DNA of 64,000 nt, taken from IMG/VR virus record IMGVR_UViG_3300038424_000251, positions 248,001 through 312,000 of that record; one strand, given 5' to 3'. Both the position numbers and the translations under genes were made by a program. Under the pieces are notes generated by a model that worked only from the letters and a program-made list of their open reading frames with translations, ran no database searches and was not told the origin of the DNA. Positions within the stretch are counted from its first letter, which is position 1. Every line of letters starts with the position of its first letter. Shown piece after piece: positions 19,407-29,335 of this stretch.

Positions 19407-20502
19407 TCACGATTGAATTCGGAACGCTTTCGAATGAAATCATAATGGTTTGTGTTCATACGGTACGAAACGCCGAAAGGTAGTAGTTGTTCAGTCAACC
19501 GTATCATGTGTGCCGATGTAATGACGGCGTAAGTAAACAACACTATAGTTGTTCACACTATGAATATTTGTTCTTTGTCAGTAGATTTAACGGGGAGTAT
19601 CGTCTCCGTTGGAGTTGCCGCAAGGTGACTTCATAAAGATAAACCGTAGCAATACGGCCAAAGGGATGGCCCCTAACGGCCACTCACCAATCGCAAGGTT
19701 GGACACCGATACAACGAGCGAAATCTGTAAATATCATCCAAAAGATGGTGTTACACTTAAAGCTGGGATGGAAAATGGTATCTGAGGGTAACACTGTAAG
19801 ATATCTACTAACGATGCCGTCGAGCACTACCATCTGCCAAGCGCAACAGTGAGAGTTAAGATTTAAGCAAAGTAGTGAGGTTTGAGGCCAGCAACCAAAA
19901 GCTTCACTACAATCTGATAGAAACCGGCCAAGGCTCATACTGAGGACGGAATCTTGAAAGATGAATGAGTATCCGCAAGAGAAAGTTAGGACTTGTGTGG
20001 CATTTTGTATCTCCAAAAGGTATGAATCCACAGGCACCGCACAAGTTTGTTAGGTTGATATAGCTCAAAGTAGAGCAACTGTATTCAGCACAGTAGGCTG
20101 CCGGAGTCAAATCTGGCTATCTATTAAAAAACGCAAAGCCGGTGCCCGCGATGACTGAAAAAGTCTTAATTCTGGAGCCGCAAGGTAATTCAGACAACCG
20201 TAGCTCGCAAGGTGAAAGTTGTTCGTGTTGAAGGTAACGGAGAGGTTAGCCCCTCTTACTGCCCGCAAGGCAGACGTTAAATGAGACGCGGAATAGGTTG
20301 TCGTCAGGTTGGAAATGCCACCAACTAAATCAGGCAGACTTACCGGATAAACCATACGTTGTCCCGCAACGGTGGATTTGGATGAAGAGGAAGACTATCC
20401 GCAAGGTAGTGATAATCTTAGAAGGCCGGTACACAATGAGGTATTCTCACTCAAAGTAAATCACAAAATTGTCGAGATAGACCTTCGGGGAACGTTTCGT
20501 GA
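19407..20502 (+). ncRNA. giant structured ncRNA, GOLLD-like
   Basis: ~1.1 kb, GC-richer, no + strand ORF, many GCAA/GAAA tetraloop hairpins, promoter 19375, end pairing tcacga/tcgtga, terminator after it, located among tRNAs; family name is from recall. Confidence 0.7.
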
Positions 20503-20542
20503 TAATCCTTGACATTTTTTGTGAACTTTAATGATAATTTAT

Positions 20543-20576
20543 AAAATATGCCTAAATGTTTAGGCGTATTTTTTTT
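20543..20576 (+). terminator. intrinsic terminator
   Basis: atatgcctaa-atgt-ttaggcgtat + T tract. Confidence 0.75.
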
Positions 20577-20645
20577 CGAAATGTTGACTAAAAATTGCAA
20601 TATGATATAAATTGACAATTAGTATTTATACTATATAATATTACT

Positions 20646-21392
20646 ATGGTAGAAAAAACTATTACAATTTATGAAGGTGATTGTCTTAAAATTATGCCGG
20701 AAAAAGTATTTGATGAATCTGTGAATATGATTTTAGTTGATTTACCCTATGGGATTACACAGAATAAGTGGGATATTATAATACCATTCGATAAATTGTG
20801 GGAACAATATCATAGAATTATTAAACCCAATGGTGCCATGGTATTTACAGCAACTCAGCCATTTGCTAGCCGACTTGTTATGAGTAATCTTAAATTTTTT
20901 AGATATGATATAGTTTGGGAAAAAACTATTTCATCGGGACAAATGAATATAAATAATCAACCACTTCGAAGCCATGAATTGATTTTGGTCTTCTATAAAA
21001 AACTTCCAACTTATAACGAACAACGGACAAAGGGTACTCCTTATGAAATTAATCGTACAGGAAAATATAAAGCGGGAAGTTATAATCCTCAAAGACCGTC
21101 ATCTAAAAAAAATGACGGGTTTAGGCATGCTCGAAGTGTGATTAAGATTCCAAATCCAAGAATGAAAGATGGACATCCGACTCAAAAGCCAATAAAATTA
21201 TTGGAGTATTTGATAAAAACTTATACAAACGTAGGAGATGTTGTGATGGACAATTGTATGGGTGCAGGAACAACAGGTATAGCATGTCGAAATCTAAATC
21301 GAAAATTCATTGGAATTGAGATTGATAAGACATATTTTCAGAAAGCCAAGAAAGCATTAGACGAAGAAATATATAACCGTTTTTTTTCTTGA
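20646..21392 (+). CDS. N4/N6 DNA methyltransferase (beta class)
   Basis: DLPY, HPTQKP, DNCMGAGTTG. Confidence 0.92.
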   Translation: MVEKTITIYEGDCLKIMPEKVFDESVNMILVDLPYGITQNKWDIIIPFDKLWEQYHRIIKPNGAMVFTATQPFASRLVMSNLKFFRYDIVWEKTISSGQMNINNQPLRSHELILVFYKKLPTYNEQRTKGTPYEINRTGKYKAGSYNPQRPSSKKNDGFRHARSVIKIPNPRMKDGHPTQKPIKLLEYLIKTYTNVGDVVMDNCMGAGTTGIACRNLNRKFIGIEIDKTYFQKAKKALDEEIYNRFFS

Positions 21393-21456
21393 CCTTTTAT
21401 ATTTAATTTACGATAATAATTATTATTGATGTAAATTAAAATATACTAAATATGAA

Positions 21457-22125
21457 ATGAAACATACAAGAACATCAGCAGATCCAATAAAGGTGATAGA
21501 ATTACTAAATGAACTAAGTACCCCCGACCCCCGCTATATAGAACTGCGTGATATTATATATAATAGAAGAAATGAGAAGATGTTATTAGAACTTCCAATA
21601 ATTAGTTTTTTTCAATCTTTGTACTTTATGACTTCGCAGAAATATGGTTTTCTAATTCAAAAGAGAATAATAAAAGATATGGGTTATGGTCCCCCAAGAA
21701 ACAAGGATGCTGGGGATGCTTTTGGAAATGATAAGGATCAGGAAATAAAAGTTTCATTAATTACTTTGACTAACCCAAGTATTAATATAAGGCAGGTTCG
21801 TATGTGGCAAGGATGTGACTACAATATTTTAGGTGTAGATATGAGAGTTGCGGCTAATCCAACTATCTATTTTTTTAAACTTACACATTCTGATATGGAA
21901 CGTGAATTGGTTCTTTGTAAGGCAGGAAAAAGCCACACCCACGGAGAAGAAATGTCCCTTACTATTAACGTTGATAAAAGTGATGAACATTTTAATCGTT
22001 GGTGTAAAGATTACAGAATACCGTCTCCTTGGGATGATGAGTTAAATAAAAGATTTGTTCATTTTGCAAAAACGTTGCCCACGGTAACTGAGAATACCTT
22101 AATTCTAGAACCGCAAAATATATGA
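21457..22125 (+). CDS. putative PD-(D/E)xK restriction endonuclease
   Basis: GDA..DQEIKVS..NIRQVR; adjacent to MTase. Confidence 0.55.
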   Translation: MKHTRTSADPIKVIELLNELSTPDPRYIELRDIIYNRRNEKMLLELPIISFFQSLYFMTSQKYGFLIQKRIIKDMGYGPPRNKDAGDAFGNDKDQEIKVSLITLTNPSINIRQVRMWQGCDYNILGVDMRVAANPTIYFFKLTHSDMERELVLCKAGKSHTHGEEMSLTINVDKSDEHFNRWCKDYRIPSPWDDELNKRFVHFAKTLPTVTENTLILEPQNI

Positions 22126-22203
22126 AAGCCGATATTAAAATTAGGATCGAGAAGTAAAAGGCTTGACTTTTTTTCAAAGTTGTGTATAGTTATAGTCGAT
22201 ATT

Positions 22204-22289
22204 GCTGGTGTGGCGGAACTAGGCAGACGCGCAAGACTTAGGATCTTGTGGAGTAATCCGTGAAGGTTCGATTCCTTTTACCAGCACCA
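22204..22289 (+). tRNA. tRNA-Leu(TAG)
   Basis: caaga-ctTAGga-tcttg, long variable arm. Confidence 0.93.
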
Positions 22290-22368
22290 ATTTTATTTGT
22301 TCGTGGTTGGGTTCGGGTAACCATATTCCACCAACGTATTTTTAAGTGGTAACATGAACAAATTATAT

Positions 22369-22444
22369 GGGGTCTTAGCTCATTTGGGAGAGCGGCTGAT
22401 TTGCACTCAGCAGGTGACGGGTTCGAATCCCGTAGGCTCCACCA
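22369..22444 (+). tRNA. tRNA-Ala(TGC)
   Basis: canonical, G3:U70. Confidence 0.95.
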
Positions 22445-22687
22445 ATTTATGATAACTGGAATAATCATCGGCCTTGTGGTCGGAATAATTATAGCAACTC
22501 TTTTTTGGAAAAAAAATAAGAATTTGCTATAATAAATTTTGTTAGTTTGTTAAAATTAACTGGCACCCACAACTATTGGGGCCGTTTCTTAATTCGTAAA
22601 ATTAAGTGGTGGAGGCGTCGGCTCGAAAGAAATTTTCTTTAAGCTACTCAGCCCTAGTTTGCCGGTGTCAAATAACCGGCATTTTTT

Positions 22688-22765
22688 GCTACTCTGATGC
22701 AATTGGAAGTCATCCAAAGCTCAGAACTTTGGTTTTTACAGGTTCGAGTCCTGTGAGTAGCACCA
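22688..22765 (+). tRNA. tRNA-Leu(CAG), short variable loop
   Basis: caaag-ctCAGaa-ctttg; CCA. Confidence 0.8.
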
Positions 22766-22964
22766 ATTTGGAGTAAGTGAATATGACAATGCTAAACGCC
22801 AGCAAATCAGACATCGTAGAATAATAAAGCATTATATAGGCTTTATTGATAGACGATGGTATCCTGATTTTCAGTCAACCGAAGAAGTTGAAAAAATATT
22901 CAGAGATTACCAATCTTACGGTAAAAAAAATCTTACATCCGAACAACTTAAAAAAATTGAACCG

Positions 22965-23234
22965 TTGCTAAATGGTCAAATAAATTATGAACTTACTATT
23001 CGCATGATTGTTGAAGAAATGTGTGATTGGTGGTCTAATAATTGGGGTTGGTATTATCCTTTACAATCTACTATAGATAGTATTAAAAATGATAGAATAT
23101 TTAAATTATCATTGCTTAAAATAAAGAAAAGATGTATGGAAGAACACGGATTGAGATTTGTTGATTTCATAAACTCTTTTACAGGCATATCACAAGAACA
23201 AAAGGATAAATACTTTATACGCAAATTTGGTTGA
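22965..23234 (+). CDS. hypothetical protein, 5' end uncertain
   Basis: frame is open back to ~22761 without an ATG. Confidence 0.5.
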   Translation: MLNGQINYELTIRMIVEEMCDWWSNNWGWYYPLQSTIDSIKNDRIFKLSLLKIKKRCMEEHGLRFVDFINSFTGISQEQKDKYFIRKFG

Positions 23235-23248
23235 TATTTATAGTAGAT

Positions 23249-23632
23249 ATGGAAGATAAGAAAAAAGTATTGGTAAAAATTTGTAGTTATTGTGAAGTAG
23301 AATTTCATGAAGTTGGTGCTGCTATGAGACATGTTATGAGACAACATGGTATAGAAGGGAAAGTTACATTTTCTCACGGATTTTGTCCTCGTCATTATAT
23401 AAAAATGATGAAAGAATATGGTTATAATAATGAAGAGATTAGAATTAAATTTAATTCTGCAAAAATGAATAATAATCTTGCTCCTGATTTGGAAAAACAT
23501 CCTGAATTGGTTGACATCTATTCCAAAGGAATTTTTACTCAAGAACAATATCAGCAATATATTCTGTCCTTACAACAAGAAAATCAACAAGTTACCGAAA
23601 GATTTAAAACTCTTGCCGGAATTCATTCTTGA
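23249..23632 (+). CDS. hypothetical Zn-binding protein (paralog of 45086)
   Basis: CSYC..GFCPRHY..DLEKHPEL..YSKGIF. Confidence 0.75.
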   Translation: MEDKKKVLVKICSYCEVEFHEVGAAMRHVMRQHGIEGKVTFSHGFCPRHYIKMMKEYGYNNEEIRIKFNSAKMNNNLAPDLEKHPELVDIYSKGIFTQEQYQQYILSLQQENQQVTERFKTLAGIHS

Positions 23633-23666
23633 CTTTTCTAATTAGTTATTGTATTATTTGCCAATT

Positions 23667-23963
23667 ATGGCAGCAGAAATGAACAAATGTGAATTTTGTG
23701 GATTACCATCTTTAACCCGTGGTCATCATGTAATTCCAAAAAGTAAAGGTGGTGATACTATTGTTCTTACCTGCGAGACATGTGAATCATTTATTCATAA
23801 AACTTGGACTCATAATGAACTCCGTGATGTATATAACACAATAGAATCCATTCTTCAAACAGAACAATTTCAAAGATTTTTAAAATGGAGATTGAAACAA
23901 CCACCGACAGTTTTGTTTAAATCTGAACGTGGTAAGTTTAGAGATAAAAATAAATATCATTAA
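23667..23963 (+). CDS. HNH endonuclease
   Basis: CEFC..HHVIPKSKGG..CETC..IH. Confidence 0.85.
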   Translation: MAAEMNKCEFCGLPSLTRGHHVIPKSKGGDTIVLTCETCESFIHKTWTHNELRDVYNTIESILQTEQFQRFLKWRLKQPPTVLFKSERGKFRDKNKYH

Positions 23964-23964
23964 T

Positions 23965-24231
23965 ATGAAATATGTAGTAGAAAGAAAAAGTAGATTACTT
24001 AGCATAGAAAACGGAAAGCCTCTTGGTAATGTAAAAGTATATTTAGAAGATAAACGTTCCAAAAATATTCCAAAGTTGACACCTATACTGAAAAATGCAG
24101 AAATTTTAACGGAAAATGAGGCATATGAATGGTTTGGAAGATTGAAGTCTCAATTTCCAGAAGATAATTCAATAACAATAGTTAAAATAAATCCTAAAAC
24201 TATGAAGTTAGATTATACAGAATTATATTAA
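23965..24231 (+). CDS. hypothetical protein
   Basis: ORF in operon. Confidence 0.65.
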   Translation: MKYVVERKSRLLSIENGKPLGNVKVYLEDKRSKNIPKLTPILKNAEILTENEAYEWFGRLKSQFPEDNSITIVKINPKTMKLDYTELY

Positions 24232-24233
24232 AC

Positions 24234-24503
24234 ATGGAAAAATCATACACATATATTGTTCAATGTAATGATAGTACATTTTATACAGGTTGGACGTTAG
24301 ATTTAGAGAGAAGAATACAAGAACATAATGATGGTAGTAGTAAAACAAGATACACTAGAACTCGCAGACCTGTGAAGCTGGTATATGTTGAAGAATTTGA
24401 TACACGGGCAAAAGCTGCTCAAAAAGAATCTCAAATAAAAAGAATGGGTCGTAAAGAGAAAATAAAACTCATTCAATCTATTCATCCAAATTTTAAGGCT
24501 TGA
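24234..24503 (+). CDS. GIY-YIG nuclease (YhbQ/UPF0213-like)
   Basis: YTYIVQCND.TFYTGWT.DLERRI.EHN..YTRTRRPV..E. Confidence 0.92.
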   Translation: MEKSYTYIVQCNDSTFYTGWTLDLERRIQEHNDGSSKTRYTRTRRPVKLVYVEEFDTRAKAAQKESQIKRMGRKEKIKLIQSIHPNFKA

Positions 24504-24536
24504 CTTTTTATATTTCTATGGTAATATTACCATATT

Positions 24537-24848
24537 ATGAAAGTTACATTCACACAAAGAGAATTTGATAAATTTCGAACCTTTCAAGATAGAATGGCAA
24601 AGGAGTTTGGTAAAACTGCATATATTGGAACTAATTATGCAACAGTATTAGTAGAATATTCTCCACAATTGGTTGAAATGTTAAGACCTTTTGCTAAGGT
24701 AAATCAGTTTGAATATGAATTGTCTCAATTGACTTGTGAAGATTGTAAGGAAAACAGAATGTTTTTTTGTGTTCCCGGAGAAACTAAATTTCTTTGTGAA
24801 GATTGTGCTTATGAGAGACAATTAAAGAGTCGACAATTATCTAAATAA
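24537..24848 (+). CDS. Zn-finger hypothetical protein
   Basis: CEDC...CEDC; own promoter at ~24500. Confidence 0.7.
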   Translation: MKVTFTQREFDKFRTFQDRMAKEFGKTAYIGTNYATVLVEYSPQLVEMLRPFAKVNQFEYELSQLTCEDCKENRMFFCVPGETKFLCEDCAYERQLKSRQLSK

Positions 24849-24895
24849 AATCTGATATTCTTTTGTGATTGGCATATATTTATTATGCGAAACAT

Positions 24896-25375
24896 ATGCC
24901 AATTAATATACCTAATCCAATACAAAACGTAGGAAGTACTGACATTGCTGATTATCCGCCAATTCCATATGGTACTCTTAATGGTGCGGTTATACAACAG
25001 CAAGGATTTGGATTTATAACTACGCTTATCAATCCATTTTTTATATCATTTTCTTATCCCGTAACAAGTTCGGTTGGTTCTTTTCTTTATTATGGAACTA
25101 CAACGACTACAACATCGTCAGTAGATGTATCTGATTATAATAATCATACATTTCAAGCGTTTGTAACAGCATCAGTAGGTGGTACGGGTAGTATTTATGT
25201 GTCTTCTTCAATTGATGGTTTAAATTTTGTTGGAGAATTTTCGTTTGTTTCAACATCATCGGTAAGTTCAAGTTTAATGAGAATAACAGGTTCAAGTAGG
25301 AGAAGATATTTTGTGGCATCTTATTCGGGGTCAAAAGGTTCAACCGGAAGCCTTTATCTTCTTAGTGGGCAATAA
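24896..25375 (+). CDS. Ser/Thr-rich beta protein, probable virion protein
   Basis: TATTTAT upstream; composition. Confidence 0.65.
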   Translation: MPINIPNPIQNVGSTDIADYPPIPYGTLNGAVIQQQGFGFITTLINPFFISFSYPVTSSVGSFLYYGTTTTTTSSVDVSDYNNHTFQAFVTASVGGTGSIYVSSSIDGLNFVGEFSFVSTSSVSSSLMRITGSSRRRYFVASYSGSKGSTGSLYLLSGQ

Positions 25376-25430
25376 TTTGTAGTTACGCTTGACATTTTTA
25401 TTTTTTCTGATATAGTTATTTAGTATTAAT

Positions 25431-25504
25431 GGCAGTATCGTCTAACGGTAAGACAGGACTCTCATAAGGTCTTGATAGTGGTTCGACCCCGCTTATTGCC
25501 ACCA
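25431..25504 (+). tRNA. tRNA(CAT), elongator Met or Ile2
   Basis: ggact-ctCATaa-ggtct; paired 1:72. Confidence 0.85.
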
Positions 25505-25507
25505 AAT

Positions 25508-25582
25508 GCTCTGCTAGTGAAATGGATATCACGTCGCTCTACGGAAGCGAAAGTCGGGGTTCGACTCCCCGGTGGAGTACCA
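25508..25582 (+). tRNA. tRNA-Arg(ACG)
   Basis: tcgct-ctACGga-agcga. Confidence 0.9.
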
Positions 25583-25588
25583 GATTTT

Positions 25589-25765
25589 ATGAAATATTGC
25601 ACAAATTGTGGAAGTCCAATTCCTGATGGACAAAAAGTTTGTTCCATGTGTTACGGTGATATGGATTACGGTAAAGATGGTTATTATCGTCAATGGGCAG
25701 AAGAGCAAGAACGTTTAGCAGAAGAAAAACGACAAGAAGAACAACAATTTAGCGATGATTTTTGA
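25589..25765 (+). CDS. Zn-ribbon protein
   Basis: MKYCTNCG..VCSMC. Confidence 0.7.
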   Translation: MKYCTNCGSPIPDGQKVCSMCYGDMDYGKDGYYRQWAEEQERLAEEKRQEEQQFSDDF

Positions 25766-25768
25766 AAT

Positions 25769-25845
25769 GCACCCGTGGTGATAATGGAATCATTCTACGC
25801 TTCGAACGTAGAGAACAGCAGGTTCGATTCCTGCCGGGTGTACCA
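25769..25845 (+). tRNA. tRNA-Arg(TCG)
   Basis: ctacg-ctTCGaa-cgtag. Confidence 0.9.
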
Positions 25846-25910
25846 ATTTACGGGACTTATTTCCATAGCCCGTTAAATGGAAGGTTAAGGAAAATAAATC
25901 CTTCCATAAT

Positions 25911-25985
25911 GCCTCTGTAATGATAACGGCAGCATACGTCTTTGGTAAAGACGAAGAGATGGTTCGACTCCATCCTGAGGCTCCA
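25911..25985 (+). tRNA. tRNA-Thr(GGT)
   Basis: cgtct-ttGGTaa-agacg. Confidence 0.88.
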
Positions 25986-26059
25986 ATTTTGGTTTGGGAT
26001 TCGTTTCAATCCCATTTGGGTGTGGAGATGGGGAATGACCTTGATACGCACCACGATTT

Positions 26060-26134
26060 GCCTGTTTGGTGATAATGGCAGCACGATGCTTTCGTAAAGC
26101 AAAGGCGTCAGTTCGATTCTGACAACAGGCTCCA
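26060..26134 (+). tRNA. tRNA-Thr(CGT)
   Basis: tgct-ttCGTaa-agca. Confidence 0.88.
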
Positions 26135-26167
26135 TCTTATGATTAAGATGAATATATTTATTCTATT

Positions 26168-26488
26168 ATGGCAAATATCCGTCTTAAATCATTAATAAAT
26201 GAAATTTCTTTTGCTGGCCAAATCATCGGTCCAATATGGATACATTCTGATGGTAAAGTAATTTCAGTAAAACCCAAAAACGGAAAAGATTTTTCTTTGG
26301 AAGAATTATATGAATTCACAAATGGTGGGCCAATTGAAATTGTTTATCTTAGAGATGGTAGATTAATGATACTTAATGAAGAAGGTAAATTAAAAAGATT
26401 GCCTGTGAATTTAAGAGCAACGCAATTGTATGGTAATGATACTATTGTCGGTGATGTTTTAGTTTGTAGTAAAGAATATATACAGTAA
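26168..26488 (+). CDS. DUF3846-like protein
   Basis: GGPIEIV..NEEGKL..LPVN.RAT..IVGDVLV. Confidence 0.8.
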   Translation: MANIRLKSLINEISFAGQIIGPIWIHSDGKVISVKPKNGKDFSLEELYEFTNGGPIEIVYLRDGRLMILNEEGKLKRLPVNLRATQLYGNDTIVGDVLVCSKEYIQ

Positions 26489-26532
26489 ATTATTTGTTGC
26501 CATTTCTTGTTTTTATGATATATTATATTTAG

Positions 26533-26597
26533 AGATTCAGTAGTTTAGTGGTAGAACAGTCAAATGACAAACGCTGGCTCTAATCCAGTCTGAATCT
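26533..26597 (+). ncRNA. degenerate tRNA-like RNA
   Basis: agattca/tgaatct, D arm, stub gtca-aa-tgac, last arm gctgg-ctctaat-ccagt; no CCA. Confidence 0.5.
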
Positions 26598-26601
26598 TAA
26601 T

Positions 26602-26676
26602 GGCGTGGTGGTAGAATGGCTCATACGTTCGTCTGCAAAACGAAAGAACAGGGTTCGATTCCCTGACATGCCTCCA
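26602..26676 (+). tRNA. tRNA-Cys(GCA)
   Basis: ttcgt-ctGCAaa-acgaa; U73. Confidence 0.9.
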
Positions 26677-26708
26677 TAATAATTGAATTATAAACACAAA
26701 ACAAGAAT

Positions 26709-27395
26709 ATGAATGAAACAATAGTTACAATGTTTGACGATGAACTTAAAAATACAGTTGCTGAAATAAGCGATTTAATAACTATATCAGACGAAATTAT
26801 ACCAGATGAAATTAATGGAGAAAAATATTTTGAGAATCCAAATGGTGTAGAATTTGGACATTGGGTTGCCAATGAATATGTAGAAAAAGTTTTTGAAGGT
26901 ATTGTGTGTGGCGAAAATCCACATTATGACAAGAAGTGTGATGATAACAAACTTGAAATTAAAGTTATTCGAGCATCATCAAAAAAGGTAAGACCAACGA
27001 ATTGTGTAATAAGCTCTCCTACAAAGAACACATTCAATAGTCGTGCATTGAGGTCAATAGATGATGATTTTAGTCATGGACTTGATAAAAATGGTAAATG
27101 TCAATCTTTAAGTAATACGTCATTTCAGCAAACGAACCCATCGGAATTTGATATTTTTATAGGGTTTGTATTTTTCTTGGACAAAGTCAGAGTGTATGTT
27201 ATTCCATCTGAGAATATTGCACATACCATTGGTGAAGTTAGTGATAGGATAAATCTTGTGCCGCAACATAGGAATCCGAAGGAAGGACACCTTTTGTTAA
27301 GAAATATTCACGCTAAGCCAGAAAAATTTATTATGTTCGAATTAATTCATAATAATAATATCTCTCTTAGAAATTTGGGAGATTATTTACAATGA
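26709..27395 (+). CDS. putative PD-(D/E)xK endonuclease
   Basis: YD..KLEIKV..FQQ..FD; overlaps MTase start. Confidence 0.55.
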   Translation: MNETIVTMFDDELKNTVAEISDLITISDEIIPDEINGEKYFENPNGVEFGHWVANEYVEKVFEGIVCGENPHYDKKCDDNKLEIKVIRASSKKVRPTNCVISSPTKNTFNSRALRSIDDDFSHGLDKNGKCQSLSNTSFQQTNPSEFDIFIGFVFFLDKVRVYVIPSENIAHTIGEVSDRINLVPQHRNPKEGHLLLRNIHAKPEKFIMFELIHNNNISLRNLGDYLQ

Positions 27396-28840
27396 ATGTA
27401 GTTGATAAAGACATATCTTCTAAAAAGAAAAGATTAGGACAATTCTTAACACCACCCAATTTAGTAAATTTTTGTTTGGACAAAATTCAAATAAATACCA
27501 ACTTAATAATAGAACCTAGTTGTGGAAATGGTGCATTTTTAAATGCTATAAGATGTGCAACGTCTGATAATCATCAAATTATAGGGATAGAATTAGACGC
27601 AGAATTAGCAAAACAATATACAGGTAAAGAAACAATTTTAGTAAAAAATTTTTATGATTATGATTATGAGTATGATTTTTCCACACCAAGAGATGTTACG
27701 TTTATTGGAAATCCCCCGTTTAGAAGTCCTGCCGCCTCTCTAAAAACACATCGCTCACGCATTCAACAATTGATGGAAATATATTCTATCAAAGGTATAA
27801 AAGAAGAATCTGTGTTTTTTCTAATAAACACGATTCATTTAATTCTTACACATAGGGTTAAAGGATTTATTCATTATATTTTGCCAAAATCCATATTTCA
27901 GAATAATTCTACAAGGTGTGAATCTTTTATATTATTTTTGAAAAAATATGTCAAGTTATTACAGGTTTGGGATATAAATAAATTTCCAGATGTGAATCAA
28001 AAACTTGTTTTCGTATCAATGGAAATTGACAATAACCGTTCTAATAATAATTCATTTAAATATAATGGAGAAATCAAATTGGTTGATGAGTTTTATGGTA
28101 ATAATACACAGTATATAACTTTTCAAAATATATTCAAGAAAACATATTTGGGGTCGGTACCATGTGAAAGTCTATTTTTGTCTATTTCAGATGAATCAAA
28201 AATACAATTTAAAAATAGACTGATCAAAATATTTCATCCAGATACAGTTATTACTTGCGAAACATTGAAAGATTTGCTCACATTTGATGGAAATCAACAT
28301 ATTAGAAGTGTAAAAAGGGGTAGCGCAAACAAAATAAAAAAATTGATTGAATATATACATGAAATAAAAAAATTAAACGGATTCGATTATCATTTATTTG
28401 AAGATTTAGAAAATTATAAACCAATTCAACATAGAAATGAAAAAAGATTTTATTTTAGACATGAATTTTTGAAAAAGTCTTCTTTCGTTTACATATTGAA
28501 TAGTAATCCATGCCCTTCTTTTTATTTTCCGGGTAATCCCAGTTCCAATTCAACGGATTATTTTGGATTTTGTGATTATGATGTAAATAGAAATAGTGGT
28601 CCGGGAGCCAACAGATGTGTGCCAGTAGTTGGAATTGAGGATAATTTGTGTGATGACTTTAAGAAGTATTGGGATAAGAATACAAACGGGCTTCCATATG
28701 GTAAGGTTTTTTCATATATCATATTTATTTCAAAATCGGAATGGTATAAAAATTTAAAAAATATATATCATAGATTTTACTTTGGAATTCCAGAAGTGTT
28801 TGATACATCATTTTTAAAAAATGTTGACATATCTTCTTAA
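27392..28840 (+). CDS. N6-adenine DNA methyltransferase (gamma class)
   Basis: GQFLTP, IEPSCGNGAF, IGNPPF. Confidence 0.88.
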   Translation: MNVVDKDISSKKKRLGQFLTPPNLVNFCLDKIQINTNLIIEPSCGNGAFLNAIRCATSDNHQIIGIELDAELAKQYTGKETILVKNFYDYDYEYDFSTPRDVTFIGNPPFRSPAASLKTHRSRIQQLMEIYSIKGIKEESVFFLINTIHLILTHRVKGFIHYILPKSIFQNNSTRCESFILFLKKYVKLLQVWDINKFPDVNQKLVFVSMEIDNNRSNNNSFKYNGEIKLVDEFYGNNTQYITFQNIFKKTYLGSVPCESLFLSISDESKIQFKNRLIKIFHPDTVITCETLKDLLTFDGNQHIRSVKRGSANKIKKLIEYIHEIKKLNGFDYHLFEDLENYKPIQHRNEKRFYFRHEFLKKSSFVYILNSNPCPSFYFPGNPSSNSTDYFGFCDYDVNRNSGPGANRCVPVVGIEDNLCDDFKKYWDKNTNGLPYGKVFSYIIFISKSEWYKNLKNIYHRFYFGIPEVFDTSFLKNVDISS

Positions 28841-28872
28841 TGGTGTATAATTATAGTTGTATTTATAAAAAC

Positions 28873-29049
28873 ATGAATGAACATCATTGTTTTAAGTGCG
28901 GTAAAATCATTAAAGAATGTATGGGGTTTGTTTTAGCTAGGGATTTTTTAAATGACAGTAAAAATCCTAGAGAGCTTTGTGGAAAATGTATTTTATTAAT
29001 TATCGATGATAGTTCTGTGATAAATTTGTTAAAAAATTCATATGAATGA
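28873..29049 (+). CDS. small Zn-binding protein
   Basis: CFKC..CGKC. Confidence 0.55.
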   Translation: MNEHHCFKCGKIIKECMGFVLARDFLNDSKNPRELCGKCILLIIDDSSVINLLKNSYE

Positions 29050-29335
29050 TATAATCAAACAAGATGATGAAAAATTGTGTGAGATGATAGTAAAACAATA
29101 TCCTGATGGATATCCTATTTTCGAAACTGACAATGCTATAGAAAATGACGATTTAAAAATCGAAGAATTATTAGACCTTCAATCGGTATCTGAATTGCCA
29201 CCAGAACCTTCTTCTATAGAAGATAAATATGAGGAAGAGCTTTTATTTAAACAAATTGCTGAGGATATAGTTAGAAGGTTGAATGAAGAACCTATGATTA
29301 TAGAATATGATGATGAAGGAGATATGGAAGGATAA
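29042..29335 (+). CDS. acidic hypothetical protein
   Basis: shares IEDKYE.EL with the next gene. Confidence 0.65.
   Translation: MNDIIKQDDEKLCEMIVKQYPDGYPIFETDNAIENDDLKIEELLDLQSVSELPPEPSSIEDKYEEELLFKQIAEDIVRRLNEEPMIIEYDDEGDMEG

Noticed and set aside
19328-20355. Minus-strand ORFs across the GC-rich block
   Set aside because: Short, overlapping and without motifs; better explained by the + strand structured RNA.
22560-22687. Riboswitch-like element ending in gccggt..accggc + T tract
   Set aside because: A possible terminator or RNA, but no recognisable aptamer consensus.
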